Shown here piece by piece: positions 1-10,738 of a DNA stretch of 55,645 bases (positions are counted from its first letter, which is position 1; each line of letters begins with the position of its first letter). The notes under the pieces were generated by a model, which was given only the letters and a program-made list of their open reading frames with translations, was not told the origin of the DNA and made no database searches. The position numbers and the translations under genes were made by a program. Source of the stretch: Promethearchaeota archaeon. Its GTDB lineage: Archaea > Asgardarchaeota > Lokiarchaeia > Sigyniarchaeales > SOKP01. The stretch is from contig JAHPZJ010000022.1 of the NCBI GenBank assembly GCA_019058245.1, positions 1 through 55,645 on the forward strand. Direction: 5' to 3'.

Positions 1-77
1 TTATTATTATAAAGAATAATAAAGAAATGGTATTTTTCAAAAATTATCTTTTATATAAAAAGTAAAAAAATTTTTTA

Positions 78-890
78 TTATTGAGCTTCTAATTCAATTT
101 TTTTTGTTAAGAACTCAGTTATCACATTAATTACCTTCTCAGGATTTGGTTGAAAGAAAAAATGAGCAGCGTTATCGAGTATAATCATTTTTGCATCAGC
201 TATATTTTTTGCTAAAACTTCAGCATTTCCAGATGGTACTAAAATATCTTCTTTACCATGAAGGATTAATGTAGGGTTTTTAATTTGCTTGAGTCTCCTA
301 CCTGAATTGAAACTCATTGCTTTTAATTGACGGCGATATGAGCTTATTTCAATGGGTATTTTAAGCATTTGTTGTTTATATGATTCTATGAATTTAGGAT
401 TATTTTCAATGAAACTTTTAGTAAATAATAGAGGTATAAATCCATTAATAAGTTCTATAACATCTTCAGGTGGATTTATAAGAAAATTCATTGCTTCATT
501 TGAAGGGGCTATACTTTTAATACCACCACAATGTGTACTACAGAGAATTAATTTCTCAACTCTCTCAGGATAATTGAGTATCATTTCTTGTGCTATAAAT
601 CCCCCCATAGAATATCCTAAAATATGTGCTTTTTGGATTTTTAATGCATCCATTAATCCTATGGTATCATCGGCAAACATTTTAATTGAATAATCAATTT
701 CGGGTTTATCAGTTCGTCCTACTCCTCTATTATCAAAGACAATAGTTTTAAAGTTTTTTGCAATTTCGTTTATAGTGTCTAAAGGCCACCAATTAACATC
801 ACAAGATAGACCCAAAATCATAATAAGTGGGAACCCTTCTCCATGAATTTCGTAATACACATTGATATCATTTACTTTTATTGTTGGCAT
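78..890 (-). CDS. Alpha/beta fold hydrolase (enol-lactonase/esterase-like)
   Basis: GYSMG nucleophile elbow, DNRGVGRT motif, C-terminal HGKEDILVP and AAH (catalytic Asp/His). Confidence 0.9.
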   Translation of the reverse strand: MPTIKVNDINVYYEIHGEGFPLIMILGLSCDVNWWPLDTINEIAKNFKTIVFDNRGVGRTDKPEIDYSIKMFADDTIGLMDALKIQKAHILGYSMGGFIAQEMILNYPERVEKLILCSTHCGGIKSIAPSNEAMNFLINPPEDVIELINGFIPLLFTKSFIENNPKFIESYKQQMLKIPIEISSYRRQLKAMSFNSGRRLKQIKNPTLILHGKEDILVPSGNAEVLAKNIADAKMIILDNAAHFFFQPNPEKVINVITEFLTKKIELEAQ

Positions 891-1080
891 ATCAAATTCA
901 CTTCAATTTAAAATTACATTTTTGTAAATTATTGATAATTAGATTATTTTTAAGTTTATTTAATATATAATTTTTAGTGATTTAGGGCTTTATATCGGAG
1001 TATATAAAAATAATAATAATTAACTTTTTTTTCAATTTTTAATATCCATACTTAATTCTTTAAAGATTAGTTGTAAAACT

Positions 1081-1869
1081 ATGAAATTTATAGTATGTGT
1101 AAAACAGGTACCAGATACAACCGAGGTTAAAATCGATCCAGAGACTAATACCTTGATAAGAGAGGGAGTCCCTAGCATTCTGAATCCATTTGATCAATTT
1201 GCACTTGAAGAAGCTATTAAAATCAGACAAGAAGGTGACAAAATTGTTGTTATTTCCATGGGACCACCTCAAGCTAAAAAAGCTTTATTGAAATGTCTTG
1301 CGTTAGGAGCAGATGAAGCTATTTTACTAAGTGATAGAGCCTTTGCTGGAGCAGATACATGGGCAACCTCTTATACTTTAAATCAGTGTATCAAGAAGAT
1401 TGGTGAATTTAATATCATTTTTTGTGGTTTGCAAGCTATTGACGGAGATACGGCCCAAGTAGGACCTGAAATTGCCGCTCAATTAGGTATTCCTCAGATT
1501 ACTTATGTTGAGAGTGTTGAAAAAGTAGAGGGAAAGAAATTAACTGCAAAAGTCCAAACAGATGAGGGCTATAAAATCGTAGAAGCTAGACTTCCTGTAC
1601 TCATAACTGGAATAACCCCTTCTTCGTTTGAGCCAACAAATCCTCCCATGATGAGTATAATGAAAGCGAATAAAAAACCTTTTTCTACCTGGAATGCTGA
1701 TGATCTTGGAGGAAATAAAGATGATTATGGATTAAATGGTTCATTAACCGAAGTTATTAAAGTTTATTCCCCTCCAGCACGACAGCAAGGAGTTGTTATT
1801 AAGGAGGAAACTTCTGAAGCAGCCGTTCAGAAATTAATTGAATTATTATCTAAAGATAAGGTGATTTAA
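1081..1869 (+). CDS. etfB: Electron transfer flavoprotein beta subunit (copy 1)
   Basis: CVKQVPDT, LIREGVPSILNPFD, SDRAFAGADT, QAIDGDTAQVG. Confidence 0.95.
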   Translation: MKFIVCVKQVPDTTEVKIDPETNTLIREGVPSILNPFDQFALEEAIKIRQEGDKIVVISMGPPQAKKALLKCLALGADEAILLSDRAFAGADTWATSYTLNQCIKKIGEFNIIFCGLQAIDGDTAQVGPEIAAQLGIPQITYVESVEKVEGKKLTAKVQTDEGYKIVEARLPVLITGITPSSFEPTNPPMMSIMKANKKPFSTWNADDLGGNKDDYGLNGSLTEVIKVYSPPARQQGVVIKEETSEAAVQKLIELLSKDKVI

Positions 1870-1870
1870 T

Positions 1871-3064
1871 CTGATAAATGTAGATAAGGAAAAATGTACT
1901 GGATGTGGACTATGTGAAAAAGCATGTCCATTTGGAGCGATTACCATTATAGATAAACTTGCAGAAATAGGAGACGAATGCACTCTTTGTGGTGCCTGTG
2001 TCGATCAATGTAATATGGGAGCAATTACAATTCAAAGGAAAAAAATTGAAGACGTTGACTTATCAAAATTTCAAGATGTATGGATTGTTGCTGAGATAAA
2101 AGATAGCCACATAAGAAATGTATCTTTTGAATTGCTAGGAAAAGCAAAGGAATTAGCAAAAGAATTGAATCAAAAAACTTGTGTCTTGCTATTGGGGGAT
2201 AATGTAAAAAGATTCTCTGAGGAATTCACAAGAAGAGGTGCTGACAGGATCTATGTTGCTGAACATGAAGCTCTTAAGGAATATTATACGGGAACATATT
2301 CAGCAGTTATTATTGGTGTAATTTCAAAATATAATCCTAATATTGTATTGTATCCAGCAACTATCAATGGAAGGGATATTGCTCCAAGAATAGCAGCAAA
2401 TCTTCACTTAGGACTTACTGCTGACTGTACTGGATTATCTATCCAAGATGGATTGTTATTGCAAACAAGACCCGCATTTGGTGGTAATATTATGGCTGAT
2501 ATTATATGTCGTACTTCACGTCCCCAAATGGCAACAGTCAGACCAAATGTTATGGAACAAGCAGCAATTCAAAATAATGGCGACGCAGAAATCATTGAGT
2601 TGTCTATAAAAGTAGATCTTCAAGGATTAAAAGTAAAAACAAAAGAAGTTATCAATGAAACTGCTGCTGCATGTGGAATTCCTGTTTGTGAAGCAGATAC
2701 CATAGTATCTGGTGGAAGAGGAGTTGGAAGTAAAGAGAATTTTAAATTAATTGAAGATCTTGCTAATGTTTTAAATGCTGCTGTAGGAGCAAGTAGAGCT
2801 GCTGTCGATTTGGGGTGGATTCCAAAATCACAACAGGTAGGACAAAGTGGAAACACCGTATCTCCAAGGCTTTATATTGCCTGTGGTATATCAGGAACAA
2901 TCCAACATTTAGTTGGAATGAAAAGTAGCGACATTATAATTGCAATTAATAAAGATCCTGAAGCTGCAATCTTCCAATTTGCTAACTACGGAATTGTTGG
3001 TGATCTTTGTGAAATTTTACCTTTATTAACAAAAGCCTTGGAAGATAAATTAAATGAAAATTAA
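1871..3064 (+). CDS. etfA: ETF alpha subunit with N-terminal 2x[4Fe-4S] ferredoxin domain (copy 1); probable CTG start
   Basis: The ORF track starts at 2015, but the frame is open back to 1865 and encodes CTGCGLCEKACP and CTLCGACVDQC. CTG at 1871 lies 6 nt after GGTGA. Body has LTADCT, QTRPAFGG, GGRGVG, QVGQSG, GISGTIQH. Confidence 0.92.
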   Translation: MINVDKEKCTGCGLCEKACPFGAITIIDKLAEIGDECTLCGACVDQCNMGAITIQRKKIEDVDLSKFQDVWIVAEIKDSHIRNVSFELLGKAKELAKELNQKTCVLLLGDNVKRFSEEFTRRGADRIYVAEHEALKEYYTGTYSAVIIGVISKYNPNIVLYPATINGRDIAPRIAANLHLGLTADCTGLSIQDGLLLQTRPAFGGNIMADIICRTSRPQMATVRPNVMEQAAIQNNGDAEIIELSIKVDLQGLKVKTKEVINETAAACGIPVCEADTIVSGGRGVGSKENFKLIEDLANVLNAAVGASRAAVDLGWIPKSQQVGQSGNTVSPRLYIACGISGTIQHLVGMKSSDIIIAINKDPEAAIFQFANYGIVGDLCEILPLLTKALEDKLNEN

Positions 3065-3120
3065 TATTTATACAAACTTTTATTAAGATCTTTATATCAA
3101 GAAAAAATTATATTTATAAA

Positions 3121-3555
3121 TTATCTATTAACGAGACGGATAGATCCTGTAGGACAGACAATCATACATGAAGGTTTTTTTTTCTTTTCTAATCTTTTGA
3201 TACATAGATCGCACTTTACAGCTACCTCTTGATTATCGTCAAATTGCATAGCTTCATAATTGCATGCCTTGATGCATTCTTTACATCCAATGCACAATTC
3301 GCTATCGATTAAAACGATACCTTGGTCATTTATAGATATAGCCTTTACAGAACAAAATTCCTTACAAGGAGGGTTTTCACAATGATGGCAATATATAGGA
3401 ATGAAATCAGGAGATTGCTCAATCACTCGCACTAATCTTGGACCGAGACCAAGGTTATGCTCCTGCTTGCATGCAATTTCACAAGCATGACAACCCATAC
3501 AGTTATCCTTATCAATTATTAGTGATATTTTTTCCATCTTGTTCATCTCATTCAT
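3121..3555 (-). CDS. DmsB/NrfC-type Fe-S cluster electron-transfer subunit
   Basis: CMGCHACEIACK, CHHCENPPC, CIGCKECIKAC, KCDLC...C...CP; overlaps the stop of the upstream Mo-enzyme gene. Confidence 0.9.
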   Translation of the reverse strand: MNEMNKMEKISLIIDKDNCMGCHACEIACKQEHNLGLGPRLVRVIEQSPDFIPIYCHHCENPPCKEFCSVKAISINDQGIVLIDSELCIGCKECIKACNYEAMQFDDNQEVAVKCDLCIKRLEKKKKPSCMIVCPTGSIRLVNR

Positions 3556-5638
3556 CTTCGCAGCGAATTATATTACATAAGAGGACTCTTAAATTTGTTG
3601 CCCCCATTACTGGATCCATCGACTCATAGGAGTTATCTGTCAGTAAGTTTATATTTGAAGTTTTCCACCCATGATCAGAGCTTTTGACCTCTGGATACCA
3701 CCAACCATGTTCTGCTACGATCACTTTGGGATCTATCCCACTATTCAATTTTGCCCGTTGCTTAACACGTCCCCGTGGTGATTCAATCCAAACCCAATCC
3801 CCTTCCCGTATTTCATGCTTTCTTGCTGTTTTAGGATGAATCTCAACAATTGGATCAGGTCTTATCTCCCTAAGCCATGGGATCATCCTGTTTTCAGAAT
3901 GAAAATAAGTAGGTGTCCTTAATCCAGCATTTAGGATATATGGGTACTTTTTAGCTAAATCTGGAGTAGATATAGGGCTTTCTGGTATCTCCTTATATTT
4001 TGGTAAGGGATCAAAACCCCATTTTTCGAGAATAGTCGAGTATAGCTCAACTTTTCTTGTAGGAGTGGAAAAACCTTTTTCTTTGTATTTGTAATATGTC
4101 ATATCCCCTTGAAGATAACCGATCTTTTTAAATTCGTCCCATGTTATACCTGATGGTTCTAGTAACCAGTTCAAGGAATCTTCCACATTATTCCACCATT
4201 TTTGACCTAATTTCTTACCCAATTCCATGAAAATCTTATGATCCTGCCAACATTCACCAATTTCCACAGCCTTTTGTCTTGCTATGATATATCCGTGATA
4301 TTTCCAGTTTTCTGAAACGTGATCCTGTTCAAGCCATGTACCAGCTGGAAGAAAAATGTCTGCCAGTTCTGCAGTTGGTGTTAGGAAGAAATCTGATACA
4401 GCAAGAAAGTCAAGATTCTCTAATGCTTTATAGACTTCATTTGCGTTTGCTCTTGATACCACAGGATTAGTCCCCACAAGATATCCTGCTTTTACAGGAT
4501 AAGGTTTTTCGTTTAAAATGGCATCCCATGCACATTTAGGTGTAATGATGGTCATTCTATCAGCCAGCTTATATTGATTTCCTCCGAGGCGTTTCTTTTT
4601 TTGTTCGGGAGGTAAGGCACTATTAGCAGAAAATTCAGAAATTCTTCTAACTGGGGGTGGTTGGTAAAAAACATTCCCACCAGGAACATCAAGGTTTCCG
4701 GTAGCTGCCATGAGACCTATGGCTGTTCTAGTAAAATCAGTGCAATTGATATTCTGTTCTGTTGGTACACCCCAATGGATCCCAGCTGGTTTTGTAGTAG
4801 CATACAATCTAGCTGCATTTTGGATTAACTCTTGATCGATCCAAGTTATTTTTTCTACACGGTTGAGAGGGTAATCCTTCATGACTCTTTCAACAAAATC
4901 ATCCCAACCGTGAATAAAGTGTGTTACAAACTCCTTATCGTATAGCTCTTCTTCAATAATCACTCTAAAAAATCCTAAAGCTAGTGCTGCATCAGTTCCT
5001 GGTCTCAATTGGAGCCAATAATCTGCTTTTTTTGCTAAGAAACCTTTTCTTGGGTCGATTACAATCAATTTTGCATCCTTTTCATAGGCATGCCAGAAAT
5101 TAACTCCCTTATATTCATCTGGATTCGTCCAGAGAGGATTACAAGCCCATAATATAATACACTTGGGATTATTTACATAATCACACACAGGATGTCTTCC
5201 ACATGTAATTAAACTGGCTCCAACACGTGAAAGATAACACATATGTCCTGCAGTAAGCAAATTTGGCGTACCTAGCAAGTTACCAAACCTTGAAAAATGA
5301 CTCTCATAATCTCGTCCAGTCCCTTGACCGATAATAATTGCTTCTGGTCCATAGTTCTTGATAACTTCTCTGAATTTTTTAGTTATTGTATCTAAGGCTT
5401 CTTCCCAAGAAATCCTCTGCCAATTATTTCCTTTTTTTTTCATTGGATAAATTATTCTATCTGGATGATAAACTAGTTGGGTAATAGCTAAGCCTTTGCT
5501 ACACATTGTACCATGACTTATAGGTGATTTAGGATCACCTTCTACTTTTATCACTTTATCATTTTTCACGTGAACAATGACACCACATCCACCATGACAG
5601 CTTCTACAAACAGTCCGTATCTTCTTAAAATTATCCAT
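3548..5638 (-). CDS. Mo/W-bisPGD (DMSO reductase family) catalytic subunit, acetylene-hydratase-like clade
   Basis: CRSCHGGC...CSKG [4Fe-4S], ISWEEALD, GHMC putative Cys metal ligand, LRPGTDAAL, TPTAELAD, C-terminal EIHP/SPRG binding domain; no Tat signal. Confidence 0.85.
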   Translation of the reverse strand: MDNFKKIRTVCRSCHGGCGVIVHVKNDKVIKVEGDPKSPISHGTMCSKGLAITQLVYHPDRIIYPMKKKGNNWQRISWEEALDTITKKFREVIKNYGPEAIIIGQGTGRDYESHFSRFGNLLGTPNLLTAGHMCYLSRVGASLITCGRHPVCDYVNNPKCIILWACNPLWTNPDEYKGVNFWHAYEKDAKLIVIDPRKGFLAKKADYWLQLRPGTDAALALGFFRVIIEEELYDKEFVTHFIHGWDDFVERVMKDYPLNRVEKITWIDQELIQNAARLYATTKPAGIHWGVPTEQNINCTDFTRTAIGLMAATGNLDVPGGNVFYQPPPVRRISEFSANSALPPEQKKKRLGGNQYKLADRMTIITPKCAWDAILNEKPYPVKAGYLVGTNPVVSRANANEVYKALENLDFLAVSDFFLTPTAELADIFLPAGTWLEQDHVSENWKYHGYIIARQKAVEIGECWQDHKIFMELGKKLGQKWWNNVEDSLNWLLEPSGITWDEFKKIGYLQGDMTYYKYKEKGFSTPTRKVELYSTILEKWGFDPLPKYKEIPESPISTPDLAKKYPYILNAGLRTPTYFHSENRMIPWLREIRPDPIVEIHPKTARKHEIREGDWVWIESPRGRVKQRAKLNSGIDPKVIVAEHGWWYPEVKSSDHGWKTSNINLLTDNSYESMDPVMGATNLRVLLCNIIRCEDE

Positions 5639-5668
5639 TTTTATAATATATTCTTTTTTCTTTAACTA

Positions 5669-7318
5669 CTATTTGAGTTTTCTTTTTAAAACCTTTCCTG
5701 CTGGACTTTTTGGTAAATTGTCTACGAATTCAATTATTCTTGGATACATATACGCAGCTATATTTTTTTTAGTCCAATTAATAATTTCCTGTTCATTTAC
5801 TTTCTCTTTGTATTTATCTCGAAGAACAATAAAAGCTTTTATATCTTCACTTTTGATTGGATGTTTTACACCAATTACAGCACAATCTAAGACTGCGGGA
5901 TGTTCATGCAAAACTTTTTCAACTTCTCTAGGATAAACACTGTGTCCTTTATATTTTATCATATCTTTGATTCGATCTAAAATATAGATATATCCCTCTT
6001 CATCAATTTTACCAAAATCACCAGTTCTTAACCATCTATAACCACCTGCCTCAAAAAGTACTCTTTTGTTCTCTTCAGGCCTATTATGATAACCAATCAT
6101 TACTTGAGGTCCAGAAACAACTATTTCACCAGCATTTTCAATCGGTAAAAATTCCAATTTATCATTTATTATACCTACTAAAGTATTAGACATTGGATGA
6201 CCACAACTTCCTGTTTTCTTCTTTGACCAAGGCGGAGAAATGGCTACACCAGGGCTAGCCTCAGTGAGTCCATAACCTTCACCCATAGCAAATCCTGTTC
6301 TATTCTCCCATTCTTTTGCGGCCTCAATTGGCATTGGAGTTCCTCCCACATGAGTGGATTTCAAACAAGAGATATCAATCTTTTCCCTAAAAGATGAACT
6401 TAAGAGAGTAATAAACATAGTAGGTACACCAAACAATGAATTTGGCTTAAATTTTTTTATTATTTCAAGTATTTGTTCTACATTAAAACCTTTTAAGACG
6501 AATGCTTTTGAACCAAGAAAAAGAGCAGAAACTAATTCCACAATTTGGCCGAAAATATGATACCATGGGAGTATAAAGATTGAAACCAAATCTTCCTTAA
6601 GAAATTTATCTTTTAGATAATCGTTAACTTCTTTGAATTCTAAAATAATAGCAACTAAATTATAATGCGATAAGCATGCACCCTTTGGATGACCTGTAGT
6701 TCCACCAGTGTATTGAATAACAGCAATATCTTTTTTTGGATTAATTTTAAATTCTGGTGTAGAAAATGGTTCAAGATTTTGATCCATTAAAGTATTAAAA
6801 TAAATTATTTTATCTGTTTTAGTTTTAATTGGAGCTCCATCCTCTAAATTAACTAAAATTACTTTTTTCAAGGTTAATTGATCTTCTACTTTTTTAAATT
6901 CATTAAAAAGATTATCATTCATTATGAGATATTTTGCACCTGAATCTCTAATTTGATAAGCTACCTCTCTCGCTATATATAATGGACTAATAGCAGTTAC
7001 AGTTCCTCCTATATTCAATACAGCAAAGTAGCTTATAATAAAATGTGGACAATTTGTTAACCATAATGCTATTACATCTCCTTTCTTTACCCCTAATTTT
7101 AAAAGAGCATTGCTAAATCTAAATGTTAGTTCTTGTATACGTTTATAGGTATAATCTTTGTTCTCATACACTATGAAAGTTTTATTCTTATACTCTTCAG
7201 TATATTTTTTGAATAAATCACATAAAGACATATCTTCAGGTATTTCTACTTCTAAAGGAACTCCCTCAGGTAAATAATTTTTCCAATATCTATTTTTTAT
7301 ATACTCGGGTATATCCAT
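5669..7318 (-). CDS. Long-chain fatty acyl-CoA synthetase (AMP-forming)
   Basis: YTGGTTGHPKG, EGYGLTE, RTGD, YPREVE, LPKSPAGK. Confidence 0.93.
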   Translation of the reverse strand: MDIPEYIKNRYWKNYLPEGVPLEVEIPEDMSLCDLFKKYTEEYKNKTFIVYENKDYTYKRIQELTFRFSNALLKLGVKKGDVIALWLTNCPHFIISYFAVLNIGGTVTAISPLYIAREVAYQIRDSGAKYLIMNDNLFNEFKKVEDQLTLKKVILVNLEDGAPIKTKTDKIIYFNTLMDQNLEPFSTPEFKINPKKDIAVIQYTGGTTGHPKGACLSHYNLVAIILEFKEVNDYLKDKFLKEDLVSIFILPWYHIFGQIVELVSALFLGSKAFVLKGFNVEQILEIIKKFKPNSLFGVPTMFITLLSSSFREKIDISCLKSTHVGGTPMPIEAAKEWENRTGFAMGEGYGLTEASPGVAISPPWSKKKTGSCGHPMSNTLVGIINDKLEFLPIENAGEIVVSGPQVMIGYHNRPEENKRVLFEAGGYRWLRTGDFGKIDEEGYIYILDRIKDMIKYKGHSVYPREVEKVLHEHPAVLDCAVIGVKHPIKSEDIKAFIVLRDKYKEKVNEQEIINWTKKNIAAYMYPRIIEFVDNLPKSPAGKVLKRKLK

Positions 7319-7324
7319 TCTATT

Positions 7325-7765
7325 TCACATCATTTTAATCAAATTTAATCGATTTATTACAAATAATATAATTAAATTAAAAATCATCAAAAGTGGGATA
7401 GGAAAGATAATTGGAAATAAATTCTCTCCTTGAGAATTTAATATAAACAATGCAGGTAGGGATAATGATAAAGGGATTAGTTCACTAATAGCACCACTTA
7501 ATATAAACAATTTCTTATTATATTTTCCAATTATTAATAGAAAAATACTAAGTACAAAAACCAATAGAAAAAAACAAAATTGAAAATAATACTGAAATGC
7601 GCTAAAAAATCTTATTGAATACCAGGCAGGGTTAATAGGAACTTCCCATATCATTGAAATAATAGAATTTGGTCCAGGACCTAAGTCTATATGGATACCA
7701 AATGGAAGAAAGAAAACTACTAAGATTGTGAAGATAATGATTATAATGGATATAGATCGTTTCAT
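7325..7765 (-). CDS. Hypothetical membrane protein
   Basis: Several hydrophobic segments; fills the gap within a co-oriented run of genes. Confidence 0.7.
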   Translation of the reverse strand: MKRSISIIIIIFTILVVFFLPFGIHIDLGPGPNSIISMIWEVPINPAWYSIRFFSAFQYYFQFCFFLLVFVLSIFLLIIGKYNKKLFILSGAISELIPLSLSLPALFILNSQGENLFPIIFPIPLLMIFNLIILFVINRLNLIKMM

Positions 7766-7814
7766 GAGAATTTATTCCAACACACATTTCTTTTTAATAG
7801 TCTTTCGAATAATA

Positions 7815-8861
7815 CTATTTTTGACATAATATAATAATTCTTATTCCTTCCCCCTGTCGCTTAACTTCAAAAGCTTCATTAATTTTTGAGAGTGGGAATT
7901 TATGGGTAATTATCGGTTTAAGCTGAAGTGAACCATTCTTTACTAAATTAATAATATTTGGATAATCCACAGGACGGCAACCAAGGCTTCCTATTACTTC
8001 CATTTCTCGAAACATCACACGACCTATGTCGAATCCATCCCAGCGCTTAGGAGAATATCCAACAGCCACTAAACGACCTCCAGTTCGTAAGCTATTAAAC
8101 GCTTGTTTCATTGTTGCAGGGTGCCCAATTACTTCAAAAGCAATATCTGCACCTCCTCCTGTTATTTTTCGAATATCTCCAACTATTTCTCTTTCAGTTT
8201 TATCCTTTGCTAAAATAGTTTCATAAGCACCAATCTCTTTAGCAATTTCAAGCTTTTTTGGAACAGTATCAACAGCAATAGCTAAGCCACCAGCAACTCT
8301 AACGTTTTGAACAACATTTAACCCTATTCCACCACATCCAATTATCACCACCCAATCACCAGGTCTTACTTGAGCTCTATTTTTTACTGCGTGGTATGGT
8401 GTTGAAATAGCATCCGAAATGATACAACTTTCTTCTAATGACAATTCAGGAGGTAAAGGGATTACATCTTTTATAGGAACTTTTATTTGTTCTGCAAATC
8501 CCCCATCAATATGGTTCCCAAGCATTATTTGATTAAGACAAATATTTTCTCTTCCTATTCTACAATTAAAACAATATCCACAAGAAAGCACAGCAGGAAT
8601 AATTACGTGATCCCCTACCTTGAAATTTTTTACATCCTTACTTATTTCTTTTATACGTCCTGATATTTCATGACCTAATATAAGAGGTGGCTTTTTAACT
8701 GTTGGTACACCATATTCTAGATAGCTAAAATCAGTATGACAAACTCCACATGCTTCTATCTCTATAATTGTTTTACCTAATTCTCCAGAAATAGTAGGAT
8801 CAGGATAATCTTCATCTACTTTTAAAGGTTCCTTAACTTTTTCAAAAACCGCTGCTTTCAA
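7815..8861 (-). CDS. Zn-dependent MDR dehydrogenase resembling 6-hydroxycyclohex-1-ene-1-carbonyl-CoA dehydrogenase (Had/BamQ)
   Basis: CGVCHTD, GHEISG, CGYCFNC...C structural Zn site, GCGGIG; GVPTVKKPPLILGHE, DAISTPYHAV and GCRPVDYP recall BamQ/Had. Confidence 0.75.
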   Translation of the reverse strand: MKAAVFEKVKEPLKVDEDYPDPTISGELGKTIIEIEACGVCHTDFSYLEYGVPTVKKPPLILGHEISGRIKEISKDVKNFKVGDHVIIPAVLSCGYCFNCRIGRENICLNQIMLGNHIDGGFAEQIKVPIKDVIPLPPELSLEESCIISDAISTPYHAVKNRAQVRPGDWVVIIGCGGIGLNVVQNVRVAGGLAIAVDTVPKKLEIAKEIGAYETILAKDKTEREIVGDIRKITGGGADIAFEVIGHPATMKQAFNSLRTGGRLVAVGYSPKRWDGFDIGRVMFREMEVIGSLGCRPVDYPNIINLVKNGSLQLKPIITHKFPLSKINEAFEVKRQGEGIRIIILCQK

Positions 8862-9071
8862 GTTAATTTCCTACGTTTTATTTTCACATTATTCTTAATT
8901 AATTTTTCAAATTAATTTAATATTCGTTAAAAAAAAAGCTTCATTAAGAATAGAATTCTCTTGATGATATATTTAAAGAGAAATATGAAAAAAAGAGGAA
9001 TATTTAAGCAAATATTAACTTAATATGCATTGTAAAATCGTGAAAGAACAATAAAAAATATAATAAAAACT

Positions 9072-9335
9072 GTGAAATCAAATAAAGAATTAATTAAAGA
9101 CGAAAAAGTTCAACAAAGACGTTCTAGAGGAAAAGATTGGGAAAGAAGATTCAATGTTGAAGAAAGTAGGGTTACTGAGTATGTAGAATTGTATAAATCA
9201 ATGGGTTTTGAAGTGTATGTTGAAAATTCTACTCATAATGAAATGGAAGACTGTGAAATATGCTTTAAAGCTGATTTTGATAATTTAAAGACAATTTATG
9301 TCAGACTAAAGGATAGAGAAATGAAATTAAAATAA
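9072..9335 (+). CDS. Small hypothetical protein with CxxC
   Basis: WERRF..EYVELYKSMGFEV..CEIC; divergent from the Had-like gene. Confidence 0.65.
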   Translation: MKSNKELIKDEKVQQRRSRGKDWERRFNVEESRVTEYVELYKSMGFEVYVENSTHNEMEDCEICFKADFDNLKTIYVRLKDREMKLK

Positions 9336-9373
9336 TAGTTAATATTTTATCTATTTTTTCATTACTTTATTGT

Positions 9374-9811
9374 ATGTCAGAATTAGATCCTGTCAAATGG
9401 GATGATTACGAAATTGGGCAGTCAGCATCATTTACTAAAACGATAACAGAAGAAGATGTCATGAAATTTGCTGAAGTAACTGGAGATTACAATCCAATTC
9501 ATGTAAATCCTCAATATGCTGCAACTCAAATGTTTGGAAAACAAGTGGCACATGGAGCTTTGAGTTCTGGTTTAATATCGGCCGTTTTAGGCACAAAATT
9601 ATTTGGACCGGGTATATTATATGGAGGACAGACAGTAAGGTTTGAAAAACCAGTATTTTTTGGTGATACTCTAACTGCTATTGCCACAGTAAAGGAAAAA
9701 TATACTAAAAAAGAAGGTAAATTAAAATTTATTGATTGTGAGACTATTGTAAAAAACCAAAATGGTGAAGTAGTAACATCTGGAGAAGGTACTATATTAG
9801 TTTTAAAGTAA
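9374..9811 (+). CDS. MaoC/PhaJ-type (R)-specific enoyl-CoA hydratase
   Basis: FAEVTGDYNPIH hydratase motif, AHG, PVFFGD. Confidence 0.92.
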   Translation: MSELDPVKWDDYEIGQSASFTKTITEEDVMKFAEVTGDYNPIHVNPQYAATQMFGKQVAHGALSSGLISAVLGTKLFGPGILYGGQTVRFEKPVFFGDTLTAIATVKEKYTKKEGKLKFIDCETIVKNQNGEVVTSGEGTILVLK

Positions 9812-10025
9812 TTCTTTTCTTCTTTTTTCTTCATATAATTGGAAGCTAAATTGTATAATCTAAACCATTTCGGGCATTAACTTCTTTTAAGATTTTATAT
9901 ATTTTTAATTATTTTCATTTTTGCAGCAGAATTTATTATTTCTTTGAATTTAAAAAGTATATTTTAACTTTTTATAAGTATAGTATTGAATAATTTTAGT
10001 AAGGAAAGTGCACAAAATAAAGATT

Positions 10026-10718
10026 TTACAAATCTTTTCTGAAACTATTAAATATTAACAATGTACCTATTATGAATGAAATAGGTGCTATAATTTTAGT
10101 CAATTCTATTATTATATCCAAAGTTTCAGAAAATCCACTATATATATCTAAAATATCTGGTCCAAAAATATATCCGAAAATAATAAAACAAGCACCAAAC
10201 ACTATCAATAGAGTTTTATTTCTTGAAGTTCCAGTGTTATTAAAGAATATAAAAAAGATTAAAAAGGGAATAAAAGTTGTAAAGAAGAACAGATAAATTA
10301 GAAAAATATTTGATAAAGAAGTAAATCCTAGCACTAATATTAAAATAAGGGGAATAACACCTGCAAAATAATGTCTTTCATATGATATTATATTCATAAC
10401 TTTTTCTAAATGAATTATTTTTGTCCAAAATGGAAAAATCATGATTAAAATCCTAATTCTTAAAAGAAAAAAAGAAATTTGAACATTATCTAAGAAAAAT
10501 AATGATAATATTTGTAGGATATTCTCAATACTAATAAAAATATAAAACATTTCCCAAGAAAATATGTCATTATAGAAGTGAAAATTTTTTTCTTTAGAAA
10601 ATTTCTTTGAAATATATAGTTTGTCGATTATAAGTGTTGCAAAGAGTAGTGATAAAATGATATTAATCACATATAATATTATATCTACAATTTCTAAATC
10701 CATGATTAATTCTCCCAA
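10026..10718 (-). CDS. Hypothetical multi-pass membrane protein
   Basis: About 7 hydrophobic segments over 230 aa. Confidence 0.7.
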   Translation of the reverse strand: MGELIMDLEIVDIILYVINIILSLLFATLIIDKLYISKKFSKEKNFHFYNDIFSWEMFYIFISIENILQILSLFFLDNVQISFFLLRIRILIMIFPFWTKIIHLEKVMNIISYERHYFAGVIPLILILVLGFTSLSNIFLIYLFFFTTFIPFLIFFIFFNNTGTSRNKTLLIVFGACFIIFGYIFGPDILDIYSGFSETLDIIIELTKIIAPISFIIGTLLIFNSFRKDL

Positions 10719-10738
10719 ATAGAAATTAAATTATATAA

